Positions 1-11,300 of a stretch of 64,000 nucleotides of DNA are shown here, piece after piece. The stretch comes from Octopus vulgaris. Its lineage: Eukaryota. The notes below the pieces were generated by a model. That model worked only from the letters and a program-made list of their open reading frames with translations. It was not told the DNA's origin and did not search any database. The first letter of the stretch is position 1. Each line of letters starts with the position of its first letter. The stretch covers positions 41,106,001 through 41,170,000 of the forward strand of contig OX597829.1 in NCBI GenBank assembly GCA_951406725.2. Reading direction: 5' to 3'. Position numbers and translations under genes: made by a program.

Positions 1-170
1 TGTGAAGGAGACCAGCGTTCTTTTAGAACAACGACTTCATGGCTTGAAGACACCAAAACAGAAATGGCTAAGAAAGCCCGAATTGGCATCTATAAGGGAA
101 GTAACTCTCTAAAAATGCTTATATAGTTATTTCCCTTACAAACCCGAGCAACGCCGGGCGATACTGCTAG
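1..170 (+). mobile_element. 3' end of a non-autonomous Helitron
   Basis: Subterminal hairpin CCCGAGCAACGCCGGG (143-158) followed by CTAG|T at 167-171. Confidence 0.6.
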
Positions 171-662
171 TTAACTATAATTTAGTAAACTACGGTAGGA
201 CATGAAGTTTATAACCACAGTTGTAATTAGTAAGTGATTTAATTTTTAATTGCTTAAATATTTGGGGATTTTGTACTTTTGTCCTCTCGCATGCCTCTGT
301 GGTAGAATATACTTAGGAACGTGTAGACATTTACTTGTTCGTCTACCACTTGGAATTTTGCTGGCTATTTGGGAATGTCAGATTCAACATTATATTCCAT
401 AGGTAACTTCCACTAGCACGCACCTCTCATATAAGTTGTCTCCCTTTAACTGTAAAAAAAAATTATAGCCGCGTAGCTGATAGTATTTATCTTTTTGTTT
501 TTATGTACGTGATGTTGAGATGTTGTAGAGAGGCATAAGCGGCCTCATGCCATTTGTGTCGCAGTCTTCTCCCCCACACCCTTTATTTGCGTCTACCCCT
601 GTAACGGTCTTCACTTTGCCCTTGATTTAAATATTCCTCACTTATTGTAGAGATGGATAGAC

Positions 663-1068
663 GGATCTTTTCAGTTTGAACGGCAGTTTTTTCTAGCGGT
701 GTCATATGAAATTGTCACCCATAATTATGACCCTAGTATCGATCTATTGCATTTCAATGTGCTTTAGGGTTAGGGTTAGGAGTGGGGGAAGGGTATCTTT
801 TTTTCTTCCCAAATGTAAATAAACCCAATCTGTTTCTTAAACGAGGGACATATTCATACGGCACAGAATGTTTTCACCTTTAATAGACGTCATTGATTGG
901 TTGAAATTGCAGAAACTGAAGAAAAAAAACAACAGACTATAGAATTTTCTCAATAAAGCCAAGAGAAAAAGATGTTTTACAAACACATTCTACCAGTATA
1001 CGAAGTTTTAAAATGTTTAGTTATGTGGAAATTATTTTGAAAAACTGCTGTTCAAACCGAAAAGATCC
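663..1068. mobile_element. GG-terminated MITE (family M1; Merlin- or Mutator-like)
   Basis: TIRs GGATCTTTT(T)CRGTTTGAACGGCAG; perfect 9-bp TSD TGGATAGAC (654-662, 1069-1077); internal TTAGGG repeats. Confidence 0.85.
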
Positions 1069-1212
1069 TGGATAGACTTTGGTCAATTCCATTACGGACA
1101 ACAGGTGGTGGTCTCTAGAATATTTCAGTAAATACACCATTGTAAGAACTCAATGGTTTTTGTTTTTGGATAAATATTAATTCGCCCTATTTACAAAATC
1201 ATAGGTACAATT

Positions 1213-1917
1213 GGATCTTTACCTTTTGACCAACAGATTTTTAAAATAATTTTTTGTAACTAAACACTTTCAAACTTCGGACACTGGTAGAATGTGTCAC
1301 ATAAAACATCTTTTACTCTTGCCGTTGTTGAGAAAATTCTGTATTATGGAAGTTATTTTTTGTTAAAGTTGTCCTATTTCGATAATTTCAACCAATCAAT
1401 GATGTGTATTCAGTTGAATAAAATTACTGCCATTGTTTGTCAACAACAACTATCAGGAGTGTATATTTCATTTGTCACTGTTATTTATGACATATTTCAT
1501 CTCGGTTATGTTTGTATGAATAAACGAGCGTATCTGAAGCATGTTTACTTCATGGCACCACCACAATCGTTCGTGCTTCATTTTTCATTTTTTCCGTAAC
1601 CCTAACTCTAACCCTAAAACCAGTACTAACGTACGAACGATGTCATAAATAACAGTGACAAACCAAAAATACACCACCGATAGTTGTTGTTGACAAACAA
1701 CAGCAGTAATTTTATTCAGCTGAATACATGTCATTGATTGGTTGAAATTACCGAAATATAACAACTTTAACACGAAATAACTTCCAAAATACAGAATTTT
1801 CTCAACAATGCCAAGGGTAAAAGATGTTTTATGTGACACATTCTACCAGTATACGAAGTTTGAAAGTGTTTAGTTACAAAAAATTTTTTTAATCTGTCGG
1901 TCAAAAGGTAAAAATCT
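1213..1917. mobile_element. Foldback-type MITE related to M1, with ~290-bp imperfect inverted arms
   Basis: GGATCTTTACCTTTTGACC...GGTCAAAAGGTAAAAATC; mirror-image spurious ORFs (MSHKTSFTL on both strands); degenerate 8-bp TSD GTACAATT/GTCCTATT. Confidence 0.8.
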
Positions 1918-2175
1918 GTCCTATTCTTTTTCTAGACATATTGGTAATTCCTGTCTTATTTTAGTACTAGTTTTATTTCACTACTATTTACATACCTTTG
2001 TTCCCCTTTCTTAAGAGATAACTCATAAATATTTCCCTAGATCACTGCTAGTTCACTCTTTTGCCTATCGACTTCAAGCTCTACGCTGCCTGATGGTATG
2101 ATTTTAATATATTGAGCCTTCTGGCCTCATTTCGAGGTCCTGTTCTTTCCTATTCCCTTCATTTATTTTATTTTA

Positions 2176-2833
2176 TACCCTAGCGGTTGAGGGAACCTGT
2201 GGAAGAGGTAGACCCAGGAAAACCTGGGACGAGATGGTGAAGCATGACCTTCGAACTTTAGTTCTCACCAAGGAAATGATTAGAGACTGAGACCTATGGA
2301 AGTATGCTGTGCGTGAGAGGACCCGGCAGGACAAGTGAGACCATAACCCATGACCTCTACCTGGGATGTAGCCAATCCACTTATGCATACCTTTCCTTCT
2401 TGGGACACAAAACTCTACTTGTGAAGACCTGTTGAGGCAAGTGAGAATCAGAATCGAAATCGAAAAACATCAATGGAAATTGTAGCTGTGATACCAGTGC
2501 CGCCCCGACGGGCCTCCGTGCTGGTGGCACATAAAAAGCATCATCTGATCATGGCCATTGCCAGCCTCACCTGGCCCCCGTGCCAGTGGCACGTAAAAAA
2601 CACCATCTGACCGTGACCGTTTGCCAGCCTCGTCTGGCACCTGTGCTGGTGGCACGTAAAAAGCACCCACTACACTCACGGAGTGGTTGTTGTTAGGAAG
2701 GGCATCCAGCCATAGAAACATTGCCAGATCAGACTGGGCCTGGTGCAGCCTTCTGGCTTCCCAGAACCCAGTTGAACCATCCAATCCATGCTAGCATGGA
2801 AAGCAGACGCTAAATGATGATGATGATGATGAT
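2176..2833 (+). mobile_element. RTE-clade LINE 3' fragment (RT C-terminus, 3'UTR and (TGA)n tail)
   Basis: Translates VEGTCGRGRPRKTWDEMVKHDL...DLWKYAV, then GTGCC-NNN-GGCAC repeat units and a TGA tail. Confidence 0.8.
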
Positions 2834-2934
2834 GTATTTGCATTCACTCTGATGAAGCCCCATGTACTTGATCGAATGCGCTATGAAGATGACAAATATT
2901 ATTTTCGGAATTGTGTTCATGCCCAGGAATTACC

Positions 2935-4681
2935 TTTGGATTTACCATTCAGGCAAGGAGTGCAAAGACAGCAAAGAATTTAATTTTTGTGCTGCGATGG
3001 AGAAATGCGAATTGTGAATTACCTGAGAAGAAGAATTTTGTTGCCAGTTGAACTGTCTTCCATCATTCCTTTTTTCTCACGTCTGTCTTTCTGTTCTTTC
3101 TTTGTGTTTTATTAGACTTTTATTTGAACATTTTTGGACTTTTTGTTTTTGGAACATTTTATTTTTATTTTATTTTGTGAAAAAAATGGCAACAAAGAAT
3201 ACATTGGAGTGGCGAATTGTGATCCCCAAAGATTGGCTTAAAAATTATACTGAGAGAACGGCGGTGTTAAGAACCTACTCTAGGGTCCTTGAAACCATCG
3301 CTGAGTTCTCTCAGTCTGATATTGAGGAAGAGTTGGCAGAGTACCTGCCAACTTTTTGATTTATTTGTAGGGGAGCAAAGTATGGAACTGTGTGTGTTCT
3401 TTTTGACACCCCTACGGAGACACAAAAGTTTGTGTGCCAACCAGTGGAAGGGGAGAAGATTTTGTTTCTCCCCACATACAGTGGGCAAAAATTAACGAGA
3501 GCTTGGGTGTGTGGGCTGCCACCCGGAATTGAGCTCAAGTAGATAGAGGAAACTATCCGCTGGGGTCTGGGTGACAGCGGAGCCAGGCTCTTGAATGTCA
3601 GAGTGCTTCCTGTGGCTGATTGGGTGGGGTCGAAAGCAATTTTGACCCTATGGACCCAATCAGCCAAAGATCTGGTTTTACCGGATTTTTTAACGATGGC
3701 CGGTTCAGGGTACCCGATGATGGTTGAGGAATGCCCCCCACCAATTGTCACCTGTGCCTGGAATTGGGTCACATCAAGAAAACCTGTCGCTGGGACCAGG
3801 CAAAGGTATGGAACAGTTAATTAAAGTGGTGTCCCCTGCTCTCCCAGTGGAGGAAAAAGTTGTGGAGGAGGTAACCTCCTCAAAAAAAAAAGAGAAAGAA
3901 GGGAGACAACAATGGTTGCCCACCCATGGATCCTGAGACAGCGGGGGCGAGGGAGGGTTCTCCGGAGATGTCAGAGGAACTCCACCCTTCCATCGTAAAA
4001 GGAAAAAAGAAAAAGAAAAACAGGGCATTGCCAGGGATGGCATGTCCCGAAACCCCTTCGGTGGGATGTGTGCCACCAGAGAGGTGGAAAAATATGACCA
4101 TGCCAGTGGGATGTGTGCCACCGAGTGAGTGAGTTGAGGCCCCTCCCAGTGAAGGGAGTGAAGAATGTATGTTCTGCTATCGATATTTTTGTCGAAAATG
4201 AAATAGACTGTAGGATCTTGAGGGAACTGAATTGCATTGACAGCCCAGAGTGGCCTTCGCAGGTGGCTGCTCTGGTGCTGAAAAGAAAGAAATGCAATAT
4301 GATAATTGACTCATGTAAAAACGAGAATTTCAGAATTCTACATTGGAGTCCCAGATTTCAGTGGCAACAATGGCTGCAAGTTGCATGAGATTTGCTGGTG
4401 GAGAAATTGTAGAGGTTTATTGCCTCTAATTTGTGTATAAACTGTAATTTTGGTTGTATGGACTTTTTGGTCCAAAGAAATTGTATTTTTGAATTGTAAG
4501 AGGGTCATTACCTCGGTGTATATATTTTAAAAAAAAATAATGTTTTAGAGAAGCAGAGGGTCGGTGGGCGCCTTCAGCCTTCTCCCATCTTTATCATAAT
4601 CATCCACTTCATTATAATGTCTATGTCTAGCCCGCAAGCTACTCTTTGTAATGCCTTTATGGCAAATTTCTATGAAATAAA
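2935..4681 (+). mobile_element. Decayed ORF1 (gag-like) non-LTR retroelement, L1/Tx1-like, with no ORF2
   Basis: Disrupted ORF from ATG 3186 (MATKNTLEWRIVIPKDW...); CX2CX4HX4C knuckle CHLCLELGHIKKTC at 3746-3787; Lys/Glu-rich C-terminal part; ends at AATAAA. Confidence 0.65.
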
Positions 4682-5047
4682 GTAGCTTGCTTACCAACTA
4701 CATGGTTCTGGGTTCAGTCCCATTGCATGGCACCTTCTACTATAGCCTCAAGGCCAACCAAAACCTTGTGAGTGGATTTGGTAGACGGAAACTGAAAGAA
4801 GCCCATCGTATATATGTATGTATACATATATATGTATGTGAGTGTATATGTTTGTCCCCCCAACATTGCTTGACAACCAATGGTGGTGTTTGCGTCCCCA
4901 TAACTTAGTGGTTCGGCAAAAGAAGCCAACTGAATAAGTACTAGGCTTCCAAAGAATAAGTCCTGGGGTCGATTTGCTTGACTAAAGGCAGTGCTCCAGC
5001 ATGACTGCAGTCAAACGACTGAAACAAGTAAAAGAGTAAAGAGTAAA
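4682..5047 (+). mobile_element. tRNA-derived SINE family A (5' truncated)
   Basis: GGTTCAGTCCC B-box-like head, central (TA/TG)n, (GAGTAAA)n tail; matches 6761-7159. Confidence 0.8.
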
Positions 5048-5867
5048 GTGAAATTAGATAGATGAAGTGAGAAGAAACCCATCAGATAGACAGTGCATGC
5101 ATTTCCAAAGGACAGCACAGTCATCTTTTACTCATTTCAACCATCTTCAGGTTAAGGTCCCCAAAGTCCATCCCCTCCTCACCATGGTGGGAACGCTGGC
5201 AACGGGTAGTGTCAGAGCTATGCCGTTGGGAACTTCGGTTCCTGGTAGGGCCACCCAAGTCGGATTGGTCTGACACCGAGTGGTATTAGGGCCACAACCC
5301 GGCAGACAGGGCTCTGGTGAAAATCCTCGGAGTGTCTGTTTCGGTAACCGGCGGCTCCTCGGTCATTCTGTCCCTGCATCTGCAGCAAACAGGATGTCTC
5401 TACATGCAGGATTGTTGGGGACCGCTTGTGAAATTCATATTCCCACGAAACTTCTTCCACTGCCATGGTTCAAGATGCCTCGAGGATGGTGGAAGAAGCC
5501 GACTCAACCTGCCCAGGGTGAATGTCGCCACAAGTACATTTCAACCATTAGACTGCAACCATGCAAGGGTACCACCTTAAAGGGCTAATTTGAATACATC
5601 AACCTCAGTATTTGTCTTTGTAAGGCTGGTGCTTAATATATCAATCACTTTTGCTGAACTGCTAAGTTAAGGGAACATAATTAACACTGGTTGTCAAGTG
5701 GCAGGGGACAAACACAAAAGCCCACACACTATACGTTTCCACAGTGAGTCTACAAAATTCATTCACAAGGTGTAGGTTGGCCCAAGGTTACAGAACACAC
5801 TTGCCCAATGTGCCATGCAGAAGAACTGAACATGAAACCATGTAAGCTTCTTCACCACCCAATGGTA

Positions 5868-6439
5868 CCTATTTCTTCACTACCCACAAGAGGGCTAAAC
5901 ATAGAGGGGGTCAAACAAGGATAGACAAAGGGATTAAGTCGATTACATTGACCCCAGTGCATAACTGGTACTTAATTTATTGACCCCAAAAGGATGAAAG
6001 GCAAAGTCGACCTCGACGGAATTTGAACTCAGAACGTAACGGCAGACAAAATACTTGTTTCTTTACTACCCACAAGGGGCTAAACACAGAGAGGACAAAC
6101 GGATAAAGTCAATTATATCGACCCCAGTGCGTAACTGGTACTTAATTTATTGACCCCAAAAGGATGAAAGGCAAAGTCGACCTCAACGGAATTTGAACAC
6201 AGAATGTAATGGCAGACAAAATACTTATTTCTTTACTACCCACAAGGGGCTAAACACAGAGAGGACAAACGGATTAAGTCAATTATATCGACCCCAGTGC
6301 GTAACTGGTACTTATTTAATCGACCCCGAAAGGATGAAAGGCAAAGTCAACCTCAGCGGAATTTCAACTCAGAACGTAACGGCAGATGAAATACTGCTAA
6401 GCATTTCGCCCGGCGTGCTAACCTTTCTGCCAGTTCGCC
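5868..6439 (-). mobile_element. SINE family B with triplicated 3' body
   Basis: Three ~180-bp units containing GACCCC(G/A)AAAGGATGAAAGGCAAAGTCGACCTC. Confidence 0.85.
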
Positions 6440-6760
6440 TTTTTTAATGACTTCGAAAGTATTCATAATGGATTATAGAATGAACAAGAAACCGGAACGT
6501 TGGCATCACTGTAGATAAGTGCACTTAATCCTGCAGGTGTTCATCTGTTGCAACATTGAAAATTACTTTTCTGGAATACCAACATTTGTTTTAAACTCTG
6601 TTCATTTCTTTTTTTGTCAACAACAAAATATATTTCTAAAAATTGGCTGAGCTCCGCCGATATATTGAGTTGCATGTATGTCTCAAGTTGTAACTCACCA
6701 AACCTTCTTACATAGCCAAAATTTTTAATAGATTTCAATAGATTACAAATAAATTTCATA

Positions 6761-7159
6761 GGCTGTGTGGTAAGTAGCTTCCTTACCAACCACATGGTTC
6801 CGGGTTCAGTCCCACTGCGTGGCATCTTGGGCAAGTGTCTTCTGCTATAGCCTCGGGCCGACCAAAGCCTTGTGAGTGGATTTGGTAGACGGAAACTGAA
6901 AGAAGCCTGTCGTATATATGTATATATATATATATATATGTGTGTGTGTATGTTTGTGTTTGTCCCCCTAGCATTGCTTGACAACCGGTGCTGGTGTGTT
7001 TACGTCCCTGTCACTTAGCGGTTCGGCAAAAAGAGACCGATAGAATAAGTACTGGGCTTACAAAGAATAAGTCCCGGGGTCGATTTGCTCGACTAAAGGC
7101 GGTGCTCCAGCATGGCCACAGCCAAATGACTGAAACAACTAAAAGAGTAAAAGAGAGAG
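6761..7159 (+). mobile_element. tRNA-derived SINE family A
   Basis: GGCTGTGTGGTAAG...GGTTCAGTCCC head; near-identical to the reverse copies at 22445 and 35238. Confidence 0.9.
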
Positions 7160-7266
7160 TAACATCCATATTGGATAATTTTTTAAAATGTTTGAATAGA
7201 AGATAATGTTTTGTTTTATGTAGACTTTAATAGAAAATATTCTTAATCTTTTACTGATTCATTTAA

Positions 7267-7487
7267 CCCTTTCGTTACCAACCTGGTTGAAACCGGCTCT
7301 GGTTCTGTAGCACAAATGTCTTGTGTTCATAAGTTTTGAATTAAAATCTTCCACCAAACCTTAGACACAATTTAGGCTCCTAACACTAGCTGAATGATAA
7401 CTAAGTTATTTTACTAAATTCTTTGTTATATTTAAAGTAATTGAAAGAAATACAGAGCATCTCAAAAGAAATACAGTAACGAAAGGG
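7267..7487. mobile_element. piggyBac-like MITE
   Basis: TTAA|CCCTTTCGTTAC...GTAACGAAAGGG|TTAA. Confidence 0.85.
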
Positions 7488-7679
7488 TTAAAATAAATTC
7501 TTTAGCCATAACTTTACTATCCATTACATGTATTGGTGTTAATGAAGCAAAGCACCGGTTTTTATTTCCTCCACTTTTGTTCTTTTATGTCTTGCATTGT
7601 GTTTAAGATTAGAATGCTTACTTATTTCGACTCTTCAACATTAATGAAAGTAATAGCAGGACACACCATGGCCAGTGGC

Positions 7680-7782
7680 ACCATGGATTGAAATGCAGTA
7701 GATCGATACTAGGGTCATAATTATAGGTGACAATTTCATATGACACCGCTAGAAAAAAACTGCTGTTCAAACCGAAAAGATC
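7680..7782. mobile_element. Partial M1 MITE (one end only)
   Basis: Reverse complement of the first ~100 nt of 663-1068. Confidence 0.75.
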
Positions 7783-7924
7783 CCAGGAGATAATTATATG
7801 CAGAATGATGTCACCAAAGCACAAAAGTGTAACAGCAACAACAATGAAAACAAGATCTGGTGAAGTCGTTGGTAAAAAAATTCTGGACAGAAATTGAAAT
7901 AAACATTGAAAAACTGTAGATTAA

Positions 7925-7934
7925 TTTATTTATT
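7925..7934 (-). terminator. Candidate distal polyadenylation signal of AP2M1 (AATAAATAAA)
   Basis: Overlapping AATAAA hexamers on the minus strand followed by a U/GU-rich tract, at the end of a ~5 kb TE-poor stretch downstream of the stop. Confidence 0.45.
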
Positions 7935-8324
7935 GTCATCTCTAAATTTGACAGGCACAAAATATATAATAAAGTAAAGAATGTGCTAGGTACATAATGT
8001 ATGTATTGTAACATGAGGAATGTAATAATAGAAGTCTAATTAAGAACAGTAGATAACCAAAAATAATTTTTTTTTTTTTAATCTTTTTCTGTTAAGAAAT
8101 GTCACCTCATACTTTTTATGGAAAGGCAAGTTACATGATACTGATAGCATGTTATTAAATACCATGTATTATCATTTAAAACACTTTATAACTGTTTAAA
8201 ACAATCCCACGGGGTTGCCGTAATTGGAATAGCAGAAAAGGGGATAGATCACAACATAAGGTCTATCTAGATGTACCAGTATCTAAATGTCACAAATTAA
8301 CAACTATCTCATTAGTATAAATTG

Positions 8325-8358
<34 letters not shown>

Positions 8359-11300
8359 TTAACTGGGAAAGTAAATAAATCACAAGCATAATTTATATAT
8401 GTGTGTAGCTTATTCTAAAGATACATTTCAAAAGTAATTAGTTTAAGACTAATAATATTACTCCAAAGGATTACATTTTTATTCTTAATTATAAGCATGA
8501 ATAAATAAGAAAAAAAAATCACTTTAAAAGGACATTATTATAGAAAATTAAATCCTGAATATAAAATAATGACTTTTATTAAATACAATTTCCATACTAA
8601 AAGTAACACATTTAGAGATATAAATAAAAATGGTAATATTTTTTTTTTTTTAATCAGAATTAATTATAAGAGCAGAACTGGGATTTAACTTGATAGTGTT
8701 AGAGTAATTTTTGAATTAAAACAAACTAAAGTGTTAATAGTAGTCAGAGACTAAACAGAACTCCAAATTAAAATAGTTACCAATTCTAAAAAATTATGGC
8801 GTACATTAAAAAAAAAAACAAAAACATTATCAAAGTTGAGGATATATTTGTGTTTTATAGTCCAGTCTGCTTAAAAACTCAAGGAATGTTTACAAAAGCA
8901 GAGATTGGGACTTAGGTAATATGGTTTAACAACCTCTGCTGTTTAAAATCCCTGGTGAGCCTATGAATAAAGTAGTCAGGTGCATATAGGGTGAATTACA
9001 ACTTAGAAAAAAAAAAATTACGAAATCACACCTAAACTAATTTCCAAATGGCGACAAAAAAAAACAAAACAATAAAAACATTCAAAAAAAAAAAACAGAA
9101 AATTTTAAAAAACGATTTATCTGACAGGTGGGTAATGTTTATTGGCTAACTCTACGTCTGTAGCAATTACTAGACAATGAGTGAACATAGAAGTGTCTAC
9201 ATTTTATATTTTTTTAAACCATTAACATGGACAATATTATTTTGTAGCAGGGGAAAAACAAGCATAAATCCTCTCTGGCTTTTAGGAGAAAGCCGTGATA
9301 TAGAGATAGATTAAATGAGAGGATTAGATTATCCCTTGTACAAAATTAATATTGTTTTATAATCTAAATTAACTGCACTCCATACATATACACACGTGTG
9401 TGTATAGTAACAGTAAGGACAAAAATGTCCAATACTTAGAAAAAAAAAAATGCTTTTACATACACACACAGTCATAATGTGTGTGTATATATATATATAT
9501 ATATATTATATATAGTGTCAACACTTGACGGACACAAATATCAAGACTAGACCTAACATAGACACTTATTACTTTAGAATATATTCCAGTGTAATGTCAA
9601 CTGTCAATAGCTGTTACATTAATATAATAAACGACTTCCTAGCATAACCAGCAGAACTGCCTTGGATTTGAAAGGGAAATACAGTGGCAAGTTGTGATGA
9701 TGCTCATGCCTTTCCATAGGGCATTAGCAATGTAAGTGAATACCACTCACCCCCCGCACAAACACCAGAGGAAATTGAAATTGCTTCACAGACATGGTTT
9801 TGTTTTCATTTTTTCTTTTTTTTTTTGAAATTTTTTTTTTTAAACTTACAGTCACTTGCAGAAAACATGTCATCGCTACACATTAGCACAATAATGTCAA
9901 TATAGATCAATATAATCTAATGTGTGAAATTATTACAAATACCAGTTATTTTCTGATAAACATGGCAGGTTAAAAAGAAAAATGTGTTCTTGGATCTTGC
10001 TTATCTCTCTACTCGCGGTGAGTAGAAACACCTTTAAAACAAACATTCTTATATTCTTAATTCCAGTATTAGGTTTTGGTTTCCTTTTTTTTTGTACTTG
10101 TTCTTGCTTGTAATCCAGTACAAAAAAAAGTTTATCCGTATTCATAACATCTCATTGAATAGAAATCCAGTTTGCCAATATTTATATGAAAGGGAAGAGA
10201 AGGGAAGGTAACAGGGGCGGGGGGGAAAAAAAAAAACAAAAAGCAAGTTCGATGAGAAGTGAATTAGTAGCTAATTGTCAATGTGACAAAAAGGAAAAGA
10301 GATTAAAGAAAAGTACAGATAATGGTCAGAGTAATGGAAATGGGAGAAAGAATGTAAACATATGATGGCTTTATCCGTACAGATATATATAAAGCCATAG
10401 AACCCGACCAAGAGAAATTTACGCATACATGCACAGCACCACCACTAAACAATACGATATTGAGCTTCAGATTCGGGAGTAAGTAACTCAGGTGGAAAGG
10501 CTGAAGGAGATAAAGCACAAGAACATATACAAAGAATGATAGCTTCTTGTTTTTCCCCCAATTTTTTCCCCCTCAAAGTGATAACCAGAATTAAGCAAAT
10601 CAATGAACCCACTTTCTACAAAAAGTACAAAGCCTGTAATTTTTGTGAAGATAGGGCTAGTAGATTACATTGATCCCAGCATGCTAACAATTCCACAAGC
10701 TTGGCCATATGAGAAATTTTAAGAAGGAGTCATCAAGAAGGGCTTTTATGATGATGAATAACACCTCTAAAATTCTAACTAGCTGACAGCCAGATTTCAT
10801 GGCACTTTAATAATCCTAAGCATTGCCATTATTATAAGATACTCATGACCAAAAATTACTTCAACTAAAGTGCCTGAAAACTATAATAAAAACTTCATCT
10901 ATTTTTACTTTCAGCCTTTATCAAACCTTTTCTGCCTCTCTCATTACCAGATGAAATAAAATTTGTGTGATATATCACAAAGGTAGTGACAGGTAGATAG
11001 AAGGGGAGCAAAGAAGAAAGCTAGATTAAATACCAGAACAGTAAAGAGCTTTTTTTTTTCCCCCCTTCATTTTGTGTTTAAATTTCATGAAAGAAAATAT
11101 TCCAAAAATAAAATTTTCTCATCCCACTTTCAAAAATAAAACATATCCCCAAAATATTTATCAGAATAGTTGTTGTATAGCTCAGGATTAGTTTTGATCA
11201 AAAAGAACTATAACCAAAATACGTGCCAACAGTGACCATCTCAACTTTGGCAGAAATGAATACTAAATACTTTATCTGTATCCCCATCCCCACTTCTTTT

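Noticed and set aside
765-781. TTAGGG repeats as an interstitial telomere
   Set aside because: Only 2-3 units, recurring at the same position in several copies of the M1 MITE
1294-1839. Two similar ORFs on opposite strands (MSHKTSFTL...)
   Set aside because: Artefact of the inverted arms of a foldback MITE
2490-2670. Regularly spaced palindromic GTGCC-NNN-GGCAC units resembling a CRISPR array
   Set aside because: The spacers are homologous to each other, the array is part of a dispersed LINE 3'UTR in eukaryotic DNA, and there are no cas genes
2849-2860. CTGATGAAGCC as a hammerhead core
   Set aside because: No matching stem II partner followed by GAAAC and a cleavage triplet was found downstream
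3311-3772. 153-aa minus-strand ORF
   Set aside because: Antisense shadow of the decayed gag-like ORF1 on the plus strand
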